Assembly: GCA_028279825.1 (NCBI GenBank)
Contig: JANQNA010000008.1
Location: forward strand, 35,173-99,172
Length of the DNA stretch: 64,000 nt
Reading direction: 5' to 3'
From: an archaeon
GTDB lineage: Archaea; Aenigmatarchaeota; Aenigmatarchaeia; GW2011-AR5
The translations under genes were made by a program, and so were the position numbers. The stretch's first letter is position 1. Every line of letters begins with the position of its first letter. The notes beneath the pieces are model-generated. The model made no database searches, was not told where the DNA came from, and worked only from the letters and a program-made list of their open reading frames with translations. Of this stretch, positions 39,952 to 49,541 are shown piece by piece.

Positions 39952-40260
39952 ATGACAGATTTTCAGTACAGACGTCTTCCTGCTTCGCCAAAGAAGATAA
40001 TTGACATAAATCCCGAGAAAGACGTTAGAATAAGGCTTCTAGGAAAGATTATAGACAAATCAGACGGGACTATAGTTCTGGACGACGGATCTACAACAAC
40101 AACTATTGTTACGGATGCTACGTGTGAGGTAAATGACATGGTGCGTATATTTGCCAGAGTGCTGCCGTTAGAGGACGGATTTGAGCTTCGCGGGGAAATC
40201 GTACAGAATGTGAATAAGCTTGACATGGAGCTGTATAAAAAGATTTACGGAGAAAGGTAG
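39952..40260 (+). CDS. OB-fold protein, RPA small-subunit-like
   Basis: VRIRLLGKII..IVLDDG..VRIF; directly upstream of PCNA. Confidence 0.75.
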   Translation: MTDFQYRRLPASPKKIIDINPEKDVRIRLLGKIIDKSDGTIVLDDGSTTTTIVTDATCEVNDMVRIFARVLPLEDGFELRGEIVQNVNKLDMELYKKIYGER

Positions 40261-40263
40261 AAA

Positions 40264-41010
40264 ATGTTTGAGGCAAAAACCGAGAATATAACACTTTTGA
40301 GAGACAGCATAGCCACGGTGGCCGAACTTATAGATGAGACGGAACTGCACATAAAGGAGTACGGACTGCAGTTAATAGCTGCTGATCGTGCTGTTGTTGT
40401 CGTTGTTGATTTTTATCTTTCCAGAGAGCTATTCAAAGAGTACAAATATACGGATGACGCAAGGATTGGCATAAACCTGCAAAATTTACTGCAGATCCTG
40501 AAGAGAGCAAGCGATGAAGACATACTAACACTGAAGCTTTCAACAAACAAGCTTGACATAACAATAAAGGGCAAGTCAACAAGGAAATTTGTGCTGCCGT
40601 TAATAGATATATCCAAAGAGGAAACACCACCTTTGAATAAACTGGAATTCTCTTCACATATCTCACTGGATTCTGACATTCTGAGCAGCGGCATTGAAGA
40701 TGCTGAGTTAATAACAGATTCTGTTGTATTCACGATAACCAAGGATCACTTGACAATGAAAGGCGAGAGTGACTCTTCCTTTACGCAACTGGACCTTGCA
40801 CAGGGTGAAGGCGGGTTTAGGATATCTGACATGGGAGAGCCTGTAAGATCAAGATATTCACTGGACTATCTGAAGAAAATAATAAAGGCGAAGAAGTTCT
40901 CACCGGAAGCTAAACTTTCATTGGCTAATGATTATCCACTGAAACTTCAGTTTGAATCCCCAGGAAAAATACAATTAGGGTTTATTCTTGCCCCTCGAGT
41001 TGAGGAGTAG
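40264..41010 (+). CDS. pcn: DNA polymerase sliding clamp PCNA
   Basis: MFEAK, ELIDE, AADRA, YSLDYLKK, DYPL, FILAPRVE. Confidence 0.96.
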   Translation: MFEAKTENITLLRDSIATVAELIDETELHIKEYGLQLIAADRAVVVVVDFYLSRELFKEYKYTDDARIGINLQNLLQILKRASDEDILTLKLSTNKLDITIKGKSTRKFVLPLIDISKEETPPLNKLEFSSHISLDSDILSSGIEDAELITDSVVFTITKDHLTMKGESDSSFTQLDLAQGEGGFRISDMGEPVRSRYSLDYLKKIIKAKKFSPEAKLSLANDYPLKLQFESPGKIQLGFILAPRVEE

Positions 41011-41329
41011 TTTCAAACGATTCTATGACATTTCTGAAGTGTCCTATTGCTCTTTCTGTAATAAAACTATGCCTTTTAGGAAGACGCCTGATTGCTTCTT
41101 CGGAAAGCATGTAGCCATCTGCATTTTTTACGGCCAGACCTTCCCTAACCATTCTGTCCATTTCGTATTTTGGATTCGGGTCAGCTAGAGCTGTCCAAAC
41201 ACCAAAAACCTGTGATAAATGAACAATTTCAACGGCAGCGTCTTCAAACTGACGCTTTTGCAATCTTTTGCCGTATGGTGTTGGTCCTTCCGGCGGCACA
41301 ATCTCTTGTGGGTTGTAACGCATGGTCAA
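40982..41329 (-). CDS. hypothetical protein
   Basis: 115-aa ORF reading into the PCNA 3' end. Confidence 0.45.
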   Translation of the reverse strand: MTMRYNPQEIVPPEGPTPYGKRLQKRQFEDAAVEIVHLSQVFGVWTALADPNPKYEMDRMVREGLAVKNADGYMLSEEAIRRLPKRHSFITERAIGHFRNVIESFETTPQLEGQE

Positions 41330-41455
41330 AGAATATCTAAAATCTTTTTAAAAGAAAGATGCGGGTAAATAAAGATAATTGAATTCATTTTTTACTTGGA
41401 GTGAGAAAAATGTTTATAAACTCAGATGGGAAACTAGTAAAGAGGTGCAACAAAA

Positions 41456-41707
41456 ATGGCAAGAGCTAGAAAGAGTTCAGGTAGTAAATGCAGTTGCAAC
41501 CCAGGTATCTTGGTCATCGCATGGATTTTGATGGCTTTGGGTCTTTGGGCACTTATTGGTGGAATTGCAACGCAATGGATGAGTTCTGCACCTACAGCTG
41601 TTAACGTAACGGTGCTTGGTTGGTATTTCGCAGGTATCCTATTGATATCTCTGGGAAAAATTGCCAAGTGGAAGAGCTGTGGTAACTGCGGAGCACACAA
41701 AATGTAA
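41456..41707 (+). CDS. small membrane protein with terminal Cys motifs
   Basis: GAGGTG RBS; two TM helices; CSC and CGNCGAH. Confidence 0.65.
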   Translation: MARARKSSGSKCSCNPGILVIAWILMALGLWALIGGIATQWMSSAPTAVNVTVLGWYFAGILLISLGKIAKWKSCGNCGAHKM

Positions 41708-41770
41708 TAGATTATTTTTTCTTTTTTCCGTAATTTTCTTTATTTAAGATTTGGAAACATATTCTTCTCA

Positions 41771-42967
41771 ATGAAGTATATACCAGTAATGTTCTTGTTC
41801 ATGATCGGGACAGTGTTTGCTGTTTCTTGTGATGTTTATACAATGGAATCGACTTGTGAAGATTCTGACTGTTTCTGGTGTGAAAAGTGTTCATTTAATC
41901 AGCTGAACACTTTTGGCGAAGCAAAGTGTGTTGAAACGTCTGTAGACTGCCTTTATGAATGTTCCACTGTTTGTGGTTCTAATTGCGGCTCCGCCGCTGA
42001 TTGTGAAGTAAATCTGACGGAAACTGATTGTTTCTATGACGGCACTTGCTCTGGTTGTGAATGTGCTTACAAACAGGAAAAGTGTCCCAAACCCGGTGCA
42101 TACGAGGGCAGAACATGCTACTATGGTGAGAGAAACTGTAATGAAAACGGCTGTACGATAAAATCCTGTATCATGCTGCCAAGTGAAACCTGCTCTCCGG
42201 CAGACGGATGTGTTTATTGCGGTCAGGATTACTGTGGTAATAGCGGTGAATTCAACCGTGATTATGAATGCAGAAATGACGATGTCTGGGCGGAACAGGT
42301 CAAATACTATTGCAACGCAACAGCCTGTTCGTACGAGGAAAGAGCCATTCTTGTAGAAAAATGTGATGATGGGTGCAACCTTGGTGCATGTAAGAGTGGT
42401 TTGTGCAATTTACAGGGTACAGAGTTTAACTGCAACGAGCTTGACGGATTCTATGGCAATAAATTCTGCATGGGTGATGATGTTTATTCAAGCCATCGTG
42501 ACTACAAGTGTGTGGAAGGCAAGTGTGAGTTTACTTCTTCAGATGTAAAGAGAGAGTCCTGCGAAAAGTGTGAGAGCGGCTTGTGTGTAACAGAAGAGCC
42601 AACAAATGATACTACAACAATAACGCCTACAATTCCTACCGAGCCTGTAATAACCGGCCCGTACAGCACTTTCAACAAGGGCGGGACTGTTTATAACGGA
42701 TTCCTGTTTGGTCAGGGTAAAGTTATAGTTGATACAGAAAAAGGTGTAAACGGCGTCATTAACTTTTCTATAACCCGCACAAACCGTCTGGGTACTTTGC
42801 AATTAAGAACGGGTGATACACTTCTTGAATTCAGGGAAACAGGTTCGCACCTGATCCCGTTAACAAATATTGGTTCTACTCTTGAATTTTCTGTCACATC
42901 ATCAGGCTGGTTCTTCTTTGCACCGTCCACATACAGCATCGGAAACATCATTTTGAACTATGGATAA
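41771..42967 (+). CDS. secreted Cys-rich repeat protein
   Basis: Signal peptide; dense Cys repeats; Thr/Pro linker. Confidence 0.75.
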   Translation: MKYIPVMFLFMIGTVFAVSCDVYTMESTCEDSDCFWCEKCSFNQLNTFGEAKCVETSVDCLYECSTVCGSNCGSAADCEVNLTETDCFYDGTCSGCECAYKQEKCPKPGAYEGRTCYYGERNCNENGCTIKSCIMLPSETCSPADGCVYCGQDYCGNSGEFNRDYECRNDDVWAEQVKYYCNATACSYEERAILVEKCDDGCNLGACKSGLCNLQGTEFNCNELDGFYGNKFCMGDDVYSSHRDYKCVEGKCEFTSSDVKRESCEKCESGLCVTEEPTNDTTTITPTIPTEPVITGPYSTFNKGGTVYNGFLFGQGKVIVDTEKGVNGVINFSITRTNRLGTLQLRTGDTLLEFRETGSHLIPLTNIGSTLEFSVTSSGWFFFAPSTYSIGNIILNYG

Positions 42968-42999
42968 GTTTAAAAAATCCAAAGTTCTATCTCTAGGAG

Positions 43000-44874
43000 A
43001 TGAAGAACAGATCTTATTACGGTGTAATTGGTAACGGTGAAACCTGTGCGTTTGTTTCTCCCCAGGGGAACATTGAATGGCTCTGCCTGCCTAAGTTTGA
43101 CGGCCAGATTGTTTTCTCTAAAGCTGTCAATAACCAGGGCGGTTCGCTGGATATACAGATAAACGACAACGGACGACAATTGTCATGCAAGGAAGCAAAA
43201 CAGGAATATATAGAGAAAACGGCCATACTCAAGACTACGTTAAAGTACAGCAACCTTCTGGCAGAACTGACGGACTTTATGCCATGGCCTGAGCCTGAGG
43301 CGTTTGAATCAGAGAAAAGAATGATATTCAGGCTTGTTAATCTGAAAAACAAATCAAAAAAGACAATGACATTGTCGCTGAAGATAAGAAGCAGCACTGA
43401 CTTCTGGACGTACAGGGATATTGAAGAGAACAACATTGTTCCCGGACACGGCTATGCTTTTGCTACGACATTCCTGGGCAATCTAAATTCCATAAAATTG
43501 AAACCAGGTGAATCAAAGCAGGTTGCAATTGTTTTTGTTTACGGAAAGAACGCAGCAGAAGTGAAAAAGGTTCTTACAAAGAAGAAACTTTTGGATCCAG
43601 ATATGCAGTTCAAGAAATGTATTAACTTCTGGTACACGTGGTGGGACAAGGGCTACACCTTGAAATCTGACAACAAGGCTTACAGAAAAGCGTACATATC
43701 TTCGTTGATAATAATGAAACTCATGAACTACGAGAAAACGGGTTCTATAATGGCCGCTGCCACGACTTCTTTACCTGCTTCACCCGTTGGAACTCACTCT
43801 TGGGATTACAGGTTCACATGGATAAGAGACGCTTACTATGCATGCAGGGCGTTTTTGGCCACGGGTCATTTCGAGGAAGTGAAAAAACAGCTGGCATTCT
43901 TTTACAAGCTTCAGGAAAGAAACGGTCACTGGGATTCGCCATTTTATACGATAGACGGGAAAGAACCGGGAGATGAGATAGAAATTGATCTGGGCGGGGA
44001 AATCTTAAGATTAAGTAACGGTGCAAAAAATCAATTACAGTTAGACAGTGAGGGGAGTGTTGTATATGCTACTTATCTTTACTATCTTTATTCAAAGGAT
44101 TTGAAATTTTTGGAAAAACACTGGAAACAAATAAGAGCAGCGGCTGAATGGACTTCCAAGAACTTCAACAAAGAGGAAAACGGCATATGGGAATTTCGTA
44201 ACAGAACCGTTCACTGGGTATACGGGAAAGTTATGTGTTATCTTTGCATGGAAGCTGCAATGAAGATAAGCGACATACTAAAGGAAAAAACTCCAAAACA
44301 TTGGGGTAAAGTAAGATCAAAAATAAAATCTGATGTCGTGAAGCATGGCTGGTCAAACCATAGAAAAGCATTTTTACAGTCATATGATGAGGACAGTGCC
44401 GCTGACGTGTCAGTGATGGCTCTGGAAGATTATGGCTTAGTCAAACCAATGGACAAAAAAATGAAGCAGACTATAAAGCTAATAGAAGACAAGCTGAATA
44501 TGAACGGCGGATTTAAAAGGAATGAAGATGCACAGCTGCCGTTTTATTTTACATCTCTCTGGATTGCGTCGCACTATCTGAGAGCGGGGAATAAAAAACG
44601 TGCAACAGAAATCATAAAGACCTGTCTGGAGAGTTCTACGAGTTTGTATTTAATGGCTGAACATTTTGATGCAAGGAATAAAATGCAATATGGTAATTTC
44701 CCGCAGACCTTCAATACGTCAATGCTTATAGAAAGATTAATAGAAATAGAAAACAAAGGTTTTGAGATAGAGAAACTGCTTGGCGTGTTTAATAAAGGAT
44801 TCCAGTGGGCCACGAGATACGATACGGAAGAACTAATAAAACATTCTGAAAAAGCTTTGGAGTACGGTGAGTAG
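43000..44874 (+). CDS. glycoside hydrolase family 15 (glucoamylase/trehalase-like)
   Basis: AAATTSLP, WDYRFTWIRD, QLQLD, GIWEFR, GNFPQ. Confidence 0.93.
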   Translation: MKNRSYYGVIGNGETCAFVSPQGNIEWLCLPKFDGQIVFSKAVNNQGGSLDIQINDNGRQLSCKEAKQEYIEKTAILKTTLKYSNLLAELTDFMPWPEPEAFESEKRMIFRLVNLKNKSKKTMTLSLKIRSSTDFWTYRDIEENNIVPGHGYAFATTFLGNLNSIKLKPGESKQVAIVFVYGKNAAEVKKVLTKKKLLDPDMQFKKCINFWYTWWDKGYTLKSDNKAYRKAYISSLIIMKLMNYEKTGSIMAAATTSLPASPVGTHSWDYRFTWIRDAYYACRAFLATGHFEEVKKQLAFFYKLQERNGHWDSPFYTIDGKEPGDEIEIDLGGEILRLSNGAKNQLQLDSEGSVVYATYLYYLYSKDLKFLEKHWKQIRAAAEWTSKNFNKEENGIWEFRNRTVHWVYGKVMCYLCMEAAMKISDILKEKTPKHWGKVRSKIKSDVVKHGWSNHRKAFLQSYDEDSAADVSVMALEDYGLVKPMDKKMKQTIKLIEDKLNMNGGFKRNEDAQLPFYFTSLWIASHYLRAGNKKRATEIIKTCLESSTSLYLMAEHFDARNKMQYGNFPQTFNTSMLIERLIEIENKGFEIEKLLGVFNKGFQWATRYDTEELIKHSEKALEYGE

Positions 44875-44875
44875 T

Positions 44876-46318
44876 TTACTTCTTTGATATGCGCATTCTG
44901 TTCTTGGATAAGACACCCATTATTGTTTTTGCCGTATCTCTCGGATGTGTTATTGCCGTCTTTGTTGTGCCAGTAAAGTCGCTCCGTATGTTTTGTTTTA
45001 TGTATTTGATTCTGAAAAAGTTTAGCTCCTCACGGGCCTCCAGAAATACATTCTTGAATTCCTCCCTGCTGATAGATTCATCCAAAAGCAGCGGATTATC
45101 CATGTTCTGATGTGTTAAAATGTCCCAGTTCATACCTTCGTCCGACACCTTTCCCCTTTGCTTTGCAACTTCCCACATGTCCGTACCAGGGAACGGCGTC
45201 ATTACAAAACACCAGATACCGTCTGCGCCGTTTTCTTTGGCGAATTTTATGAAGTCTATTGTTTCCCTCATTTCCGCTATAGTTTCCGTGGGAGTACCAA
45301 ATATAAGACTTCCGTAAACAGCAAACCCGTATTTTTTACAGGTTACAATAGCCTGTCTGTTTTTCTCAACGGTTGTCGTATTCTTTTTCAGATAGGCCAG
45401 AACTCTTTCACTTCCGCTTTCAAAGCCAAAACCAATTGTTTTTGTGTTCAGTGATTTTAATGTCTGGCAAACGTCATCATTTATGGAATCACTCCTGGCC
45501 TGACATGCTATTGTCATATCGTCCAGCACGCCCCTTTCCTTCAAGATATCGCGAATATCCTTCAGCCTTTTTACGTTAGCAGGGAACAGATCATCCCAGA
45601 CACTGTAGTGTTTTACCTTATATTTCTCCCTAAGAAGCATGATTTCTTCTACCACTCTTTCAGGACTATGGAATCTCACAGTCTTCCAGAAATGAGCCGT
45701 TGAACAGAATATACACTTGAAAGGACAACCACGGCTTGTGAGTATTGTTCCTTCTCTTGTGTGCTTTCCTGCACCGGAAACCATTTTCTTCTTGAAATAT
45801 CCCTTGTGCATGTAATCTCTGTCAGGAACAGGAATATCATCAATAGGATCTATCTGAGGTCGCAATTCTGTCTGTACTAATTTGTCATCCTTCCAGAAAA
45901 CCAAGCCCTTGATATCTTTCAGTTTTTCCTTGTCAAATTTGCCTTCCCTGCGGAAAGACTCCATTAGTTCGAGAAACGTCTGCTCACCTTCACCGGAAAC
46001 AGCTACGTCAAAACATTTTGGCATAGAGACTGGACAGGTGGAAATATGCACACCGCCCAGAATAACCGGTATGTTTAGCTCCTCCTTTATTCTCTGTGCC
46101 ATATTTGAGACATCGCCGATAAAAATAGTCATGGCTGAAAGACCAACAACATCAGGCTTGTATCTTTTCAGCTCGGTCATCGGATCTTCAAAATTAGCAT
46201 CAATTATTTTTACGTCGTTGAAGCCACCCTTTTCACGGATATATGTAGCCAGATAAGCTAAAGTAATCGGAGAAACAAGATCCCTATCCTTAACAATAGT
46301 CACTAATGCTATCTTCAT
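44876..46318 (-). CDS. B12-binding radical SAM protein
   Basis: ILGGVH, GEGE, TSRGCPFKCIFC, GFESGS, TPFPGT. Confidence 0.92.
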   Translation of the reverse strand: MKIALVTIVKDRDLVSPITLAYLATYIREKGGFNDVKIIDANFEDPMTELKRYKPDVVGLSAMTIFIGDVSNMAQRIKEELNIPVILGGVHISTCPVSMPKCFDVAVSGEGEQTFLELMESFRREGKFDKEKLKDIKGLVFWKDDKLVQTELRPQIDPIDDIPVPDRDYMHKGYFKKKMVSGAGKHTREGTILTSRGCPFKCIFCSTAHFWKTVRFHSPERVVEEIMLLREKYKVKHYSVWDDLFPANVKRLKDIRDILKERGVLDDMTIACQARSDSINDDVCQTLKSLNTKTIGFGFESGSERVLAYLKKNTTTVEKNRQAIVTCKKYGFAVYGSLIFGTPTETIAEMRETIDFIKFAKENGADGIWCFVMTPFPGTDMWEVAKQRGKVSDEGMNWDILTHQNMDNPLLLDESISREEFKNVFLEAREELNFFRIKYIKQNIRSDFTGTTKTAITHPRDTAKTIMGVLSKNRMRISKK

Positions 46319-46440
46319 TAAACCGCTCCCCTAAGATTGTTTAGAATTAGCATATTTATAGTTATAATACGATTTTTTGGCCACTTTGTTTGCATTCGAA
46401 CCCCAACATGTATTAATATTTTCTTAGACAAGACAACAGT

Positions 46441-47088
46441 ATGAATTTTAATATTAAGGATTTTATGACTACTGACTTCTCATATTGGATAGGGCTTGTT
46501 CAAAGTGATGGTGGATTGTGTAGATGGGAAAAAGATAAGAAAATTCGCTATAGATTAGACTTCAATAACACAAGTTTGTTGTTAGCAAAAAAATTTCAGC
46601 TAGGTACAAGATACTTCAATGCAAATGTCAAGATATATAAGTTCAGATCAAAGAGAAATCAATATAGTTGTCAGTTTGTTGTTAACTCTGTTATTGATAT
46701 CTTGAAAACAATGAATATTGTCTACAAAAGGAAGGATTTTATACCACCATATTGGATAATAGAAAATCCTAAGTTTTTTGGATCTTACTTGGCTGGTTTG
46801 ATAGATGGTGATGGTACTGTTAGCATAAAACGAAAAAAATACCCACAATGTAGAATTAGGATATTGTCTCCTGTTAGACAAAATAAATTATCAAATCTTA
46901 TTGGTAATTTCATGAAATGTAGTGCTTTTGTTTATGAGCATAATGCGGGCCATACAACTTGCCCCTGCTTAGAATTCTATGTGACACCTAAGAATTCTGC
47001 ATTTATTAAGACTTTTGTTTTACCATATTTGAATTTAAACTACAAAAAAACAATGATTAAGAGGTATATGAAAACAAGGGGACTATAG
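46441..47088 (+). CDS. free-standing two-motif LAGLIDADG endonuclease
   Basis: YWIGLVQSDG and YLAGLIDGDG; AT-rich; stop codon lies within tRNA-Trp. Confidence 0.88.
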   Translation: MNFNIKDFMTTDFSYWIGLVQSDGGLCRWEKDKKIRYRLDFNNTSLLLAKKFQLGTRYFNANVKIYKFRSKRNQYSCQFVVNSVIDILKTMNIVYKRKDFIPPYWIIENPKFFGSYLAGLIDGDGTVSIKRKKYPQCRIRILSPVRQNKLSNLIGNFMKCSAFVYEHNAGHTTCPCLEFYVTPKNSAFIKTFVLPYLNLNYKKTMIKRYMKTRGL

Positions 47089-47243
47089 TCTAACCAGGCA
47101 TGACGTCGCGCTCCAGCAAGGCTTTTCTTTCAAAAAGAAAATCCTTGAGGCAAAAGAAACTATTACAGTTGGAGCCTTGAGACGAGCGAAGCTCGTCTGT
47201 GAGAAGAAACGCGATGGTGGGGGTTCGAATCCCTCTGGTCCCA
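47079..47243 (+). tRNA. tRNA-Trp(CCA) with 92-nt intron at 37/38 (47117-47208)
   Basis: GGGACTA/TGGTCCC acceptor stem, TCGCG/CGCGA anticodon stem, CCA at 47113-47115, GGGGG-TTCGAAT-CCCTC T arm. Confidence 0.93.
47117..47208 (+). ncRNA. intron-encoded box C/D-like guide for Cm34 of tRNA-Trp
   Basis: GTTGGAGC (47168-47175) is antisense to GCTCCAGC and is followed by TTGA; the N+5 rule points to C34. Confidence 0.7.
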
Positions 47244-47244
47244 T

Positions 47245-47976
47245 TTATTTCCATATACCTTCAAAGAACTCTTTGTAATACTCATAATTCATTTTCGACT
47301 TTATCATGAATACAGTTGGTTTATCTTTCCAAATAACTGTCATGACGTGGTCTTTGAAAATGAATGTACCAATTGGTAGTTTTTGATCAGTAAATTTAAC
47401 TTTCATGTCCTTGTATATATGATTTTTCTTGACTATACTCTTCAATGATATGTGTGACAGTAACCTAACTTTGATCCCCTTTTCTAGCCTCTTTTTATGA
47501 TAATTCTTGAAAAAATTGATGACTCTCTTTTCTCCCAGCATTCCACCAAGCATGAATCCTTGATATTCCTCGCCTCTTTTCAGCGTACCTAGAATCAGAT
47601 TGAATGCTGATTTTACACCATCGTATGATTCATATACAGTTGCTTCTTGCTGTTCTCTAGTTAGCTTTCTTCGCTGTTCTATCTGTGGAATTAACTTCTC
47701 TTTTAGCTCTTTTTTCTGACTAATTATCTCTTTTTCTTTTTCATTTAGAATATCAACCAAGTTACTTGGATGTGAAGCACGGAAATGTTTTACGTTGTTC
47801 TTTACAACAAAACTGACGAGTCCCTTTTCTACTAGTTTGTCCAGGATTGAATATATCTTTGAATCTGTAATCCTCGCTCTTTCTATGATAGGCCCTACTG
47901 TACTACTCTCCAGTTCGAGTAGCGCAAAGTATACCTTTATCTCCGACTTATTCAGTATCTGTTCCAGTACGTCCAT
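47245..47976 (-). CDS. TrmB-family transcriptional regulator
   Basis: LNKSEIKVYFALL, SKIYSILDKLVEKGLVS, VYESYDGVKS, C-terminal FEGIW. Confidence 0.85.
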   Translation of the reverse strand: MDVLEQILNKSEIKVYFALLELESSTVGPIIERARITDSKIYSILDKLVEKGLVSFVVKNNVKHFRASHPSNLVDILNEKEKEIISQKKELKEKLIPQIEQRRKLTREQQEATVYESYDGVKSAFNLILGTLKRGEEYQGFMLGGMLGEKRVINFFKNYHKKRLEKGIKVRLLSHISLKSIVKKNHIYKDMKVKFTDQKLPIGTFIFKDHVMTVIWKDKPTVFMIKSKMNYEYYKEFFEGIWK

Positions 47977-48015
47977 GATAATACATGTCTAGGACGTAAT
48001 ATAAAGCTACTTATT

Positions 48016-48036
48016 ACCCCCTCTTCAGTAGGGGGT
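48016..48036. promoter_or_regulatory. inverted repeat ACCCCCT-N7-AGGGGGT, candidate operator
   Basis: Lies in the divergent intergenic region next to the TrmB-like gene. Confidence 0.45.
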
Positions 48037-48083
48037 TAAATTTATCATGCCTCAGTAGTAATGTTTGACAGGAGTGTGGTAAA

Positions 48084-48287
48084 ATGACAGAACAAATGAG
48101 CGGAGAGGATCTTGCTATAGCAAGTAAATTAGAAAAAGATATGCTTCGACAAATTTCAGATGGTCGTCCTGTAGCATATGCCGAAATGGAAATGATGGAT
48201 CAACTATATAGAAAGACGGATGGTCGTCACGGACAGGATTATAAGAAGCAAGTGGAATCTTTCCTTATAGGAGGACTAGGTGAATAA
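48084..48287 (+). CDS. hypothetical protein
   Basis: 67 aa; GGAG RBS. Confidence 0.55.
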   Translation: MTEQMSGEDLAIASKLEKDMLRQISDGRPVAYAEMEMMDQLYRKTDGRHGQDYKKQVESFLIGGLGE

Positions 48288-48309
48288 GAATGGATAAAAT
48301 AGTGAAGAA

Positions 48310-48927
48310 ATGCGCCAAAAAGACAGGGAAATAATAAGGGTTGAAACACAAAAATATGTGAGGGGTCTTTCAGATCCGGGAAGTTGCTTCGTCAGGACTG
48401 AAGAGGAATTCCTGCACAGGATTTATGTACAAACTGAGGGGAGACACGGCACAAAAATGGATGGATATTCAGTGGATGAAGTTGTAACGCGACTATTTGG
48501 TCAGGTAAGGACCAAAGCAAAAGATGTCGGAAGACCTTATGTAGATGATCAGTTAGATGGATTATTCGATTTACTTGGCATTCAGGAAGTTCAAACAACT
48601 TATGTTGGTTTTAGTCGTGCCTCAGATATGTGTATTCAATTCCTTTATTCTGAAGGGTCTGGAGAAGCTGTATTAACTTTGAAGGATGAAACCGTCGAAC
48701 AGGAACCTGGATATACTCTTATCCATTTAGATGTGGATAGTGATAACCCAGTAAGGTTAAACGGATTTTATAGTACCCACGCAGAACATTTACAAGGTAG
48801 TGGACAGTTCGATGGAAAAATAGGTAGACTCGGGGGACTTGGAAAAAATGAAGAGCAAGAACAATTTGTTGTTAAGGGAATACTAGGAGATTTTTTAATG
48901 GCAAGAAGCTATGAGGATGTAAATTAG
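48310..48927 (+). CDS. hypothetical protein
   Basis: 205 aa; N-terminal motif shared with upstream ORF. Confidence 0.55.
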   Translation: MRQKDREIIRVETQKYVRGLSDPGSCFVRTEEEFLHRIYVQTEGRHGTKMDGYSVDEVVTRLFGQVRTKAKDVGRPYVDDQLDGLFDLLGIQEVQTTYVGFSRASDMCIQFLYSEGSGEAVLTLKDETVEQEPGYTLIHLDVDSDNPVRLNGFYSTHAEHLQGSGQFDGKIGRLGGLGKNEEQEQFVVKGILGDFLMARSYEDVN

Positions 48928-48986
48928 ACATGAGATTCCCTCTGACCCCATTTTTTCTTTAAATTTGTTTTTGCTAACTGATGTGA

Positions 48987-49541
48987 ATGCCTGAAGTCAC
49001 ATTGTTTTGCGGGCCTGGTGAAGTATATCGCGGGTTGCCCGAGAGTGAAGTAGTCCAGAGATACATGTTAATGGCTGAACGTGAATTTGACAGGCTTATT
49101 CGTTTTGATGATCAATACGCGAGAGAACATGTAGATACGCCGGATTTTCAGGAAACTCTTGGACTAAAAGGCGGGAAACCGCTTGTTTTTACGGTATTTG
49201 CTGAACAGCCCGTTGTTTATGTCGGCGGAGAACCTGTCAGGATCACGTCTTCAAGTAATCTGTTCACTCCCAGATACAAGAAAGGCGTATGGCTTCCTGA
49301 TCTGGAAGTTATACAGGTTGCAAGTGAAAATGCAAGGGATGTGGACGTCATGCTTTTAGAATTAGAAAATTTGTACGCCGGTAAAAACAACTGGAAAACG
49401 TTCAGGTGGCGGTCCAGATTGAAAAGAAAAAAAGTTCCGGGTTCAGGCAGAATTGAGGCATTAGAAGTGATTGATTCTGAAGAAACACGTCGCATTGCCA
49501 AAGATGTCGTTGATTATGATCCAGAAAAGCTGTGTTTCTAA
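48987..49541 (+). CDS. hypothetical protein
   Basis: 184-aa ORF with TTTAAA box about 25 nt upstream. Confidence 0.55.
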   Translation: MPEVTLFCGPGEVYRGLPESEVVQRYMLMAEREFDRLIRFDDQYAREHVDTPDFQETLGLKGGKPLVFTVFAEQPVVYVGGEPVRITSSSNLFTPRYKKGVWLPDLEVIQVASENARDVDVMLLELENLYAGKNNWKTFRWRSRLKRKKVPGSGRIEALEVIDSEETRRIAKDVVDYDPEKLCF

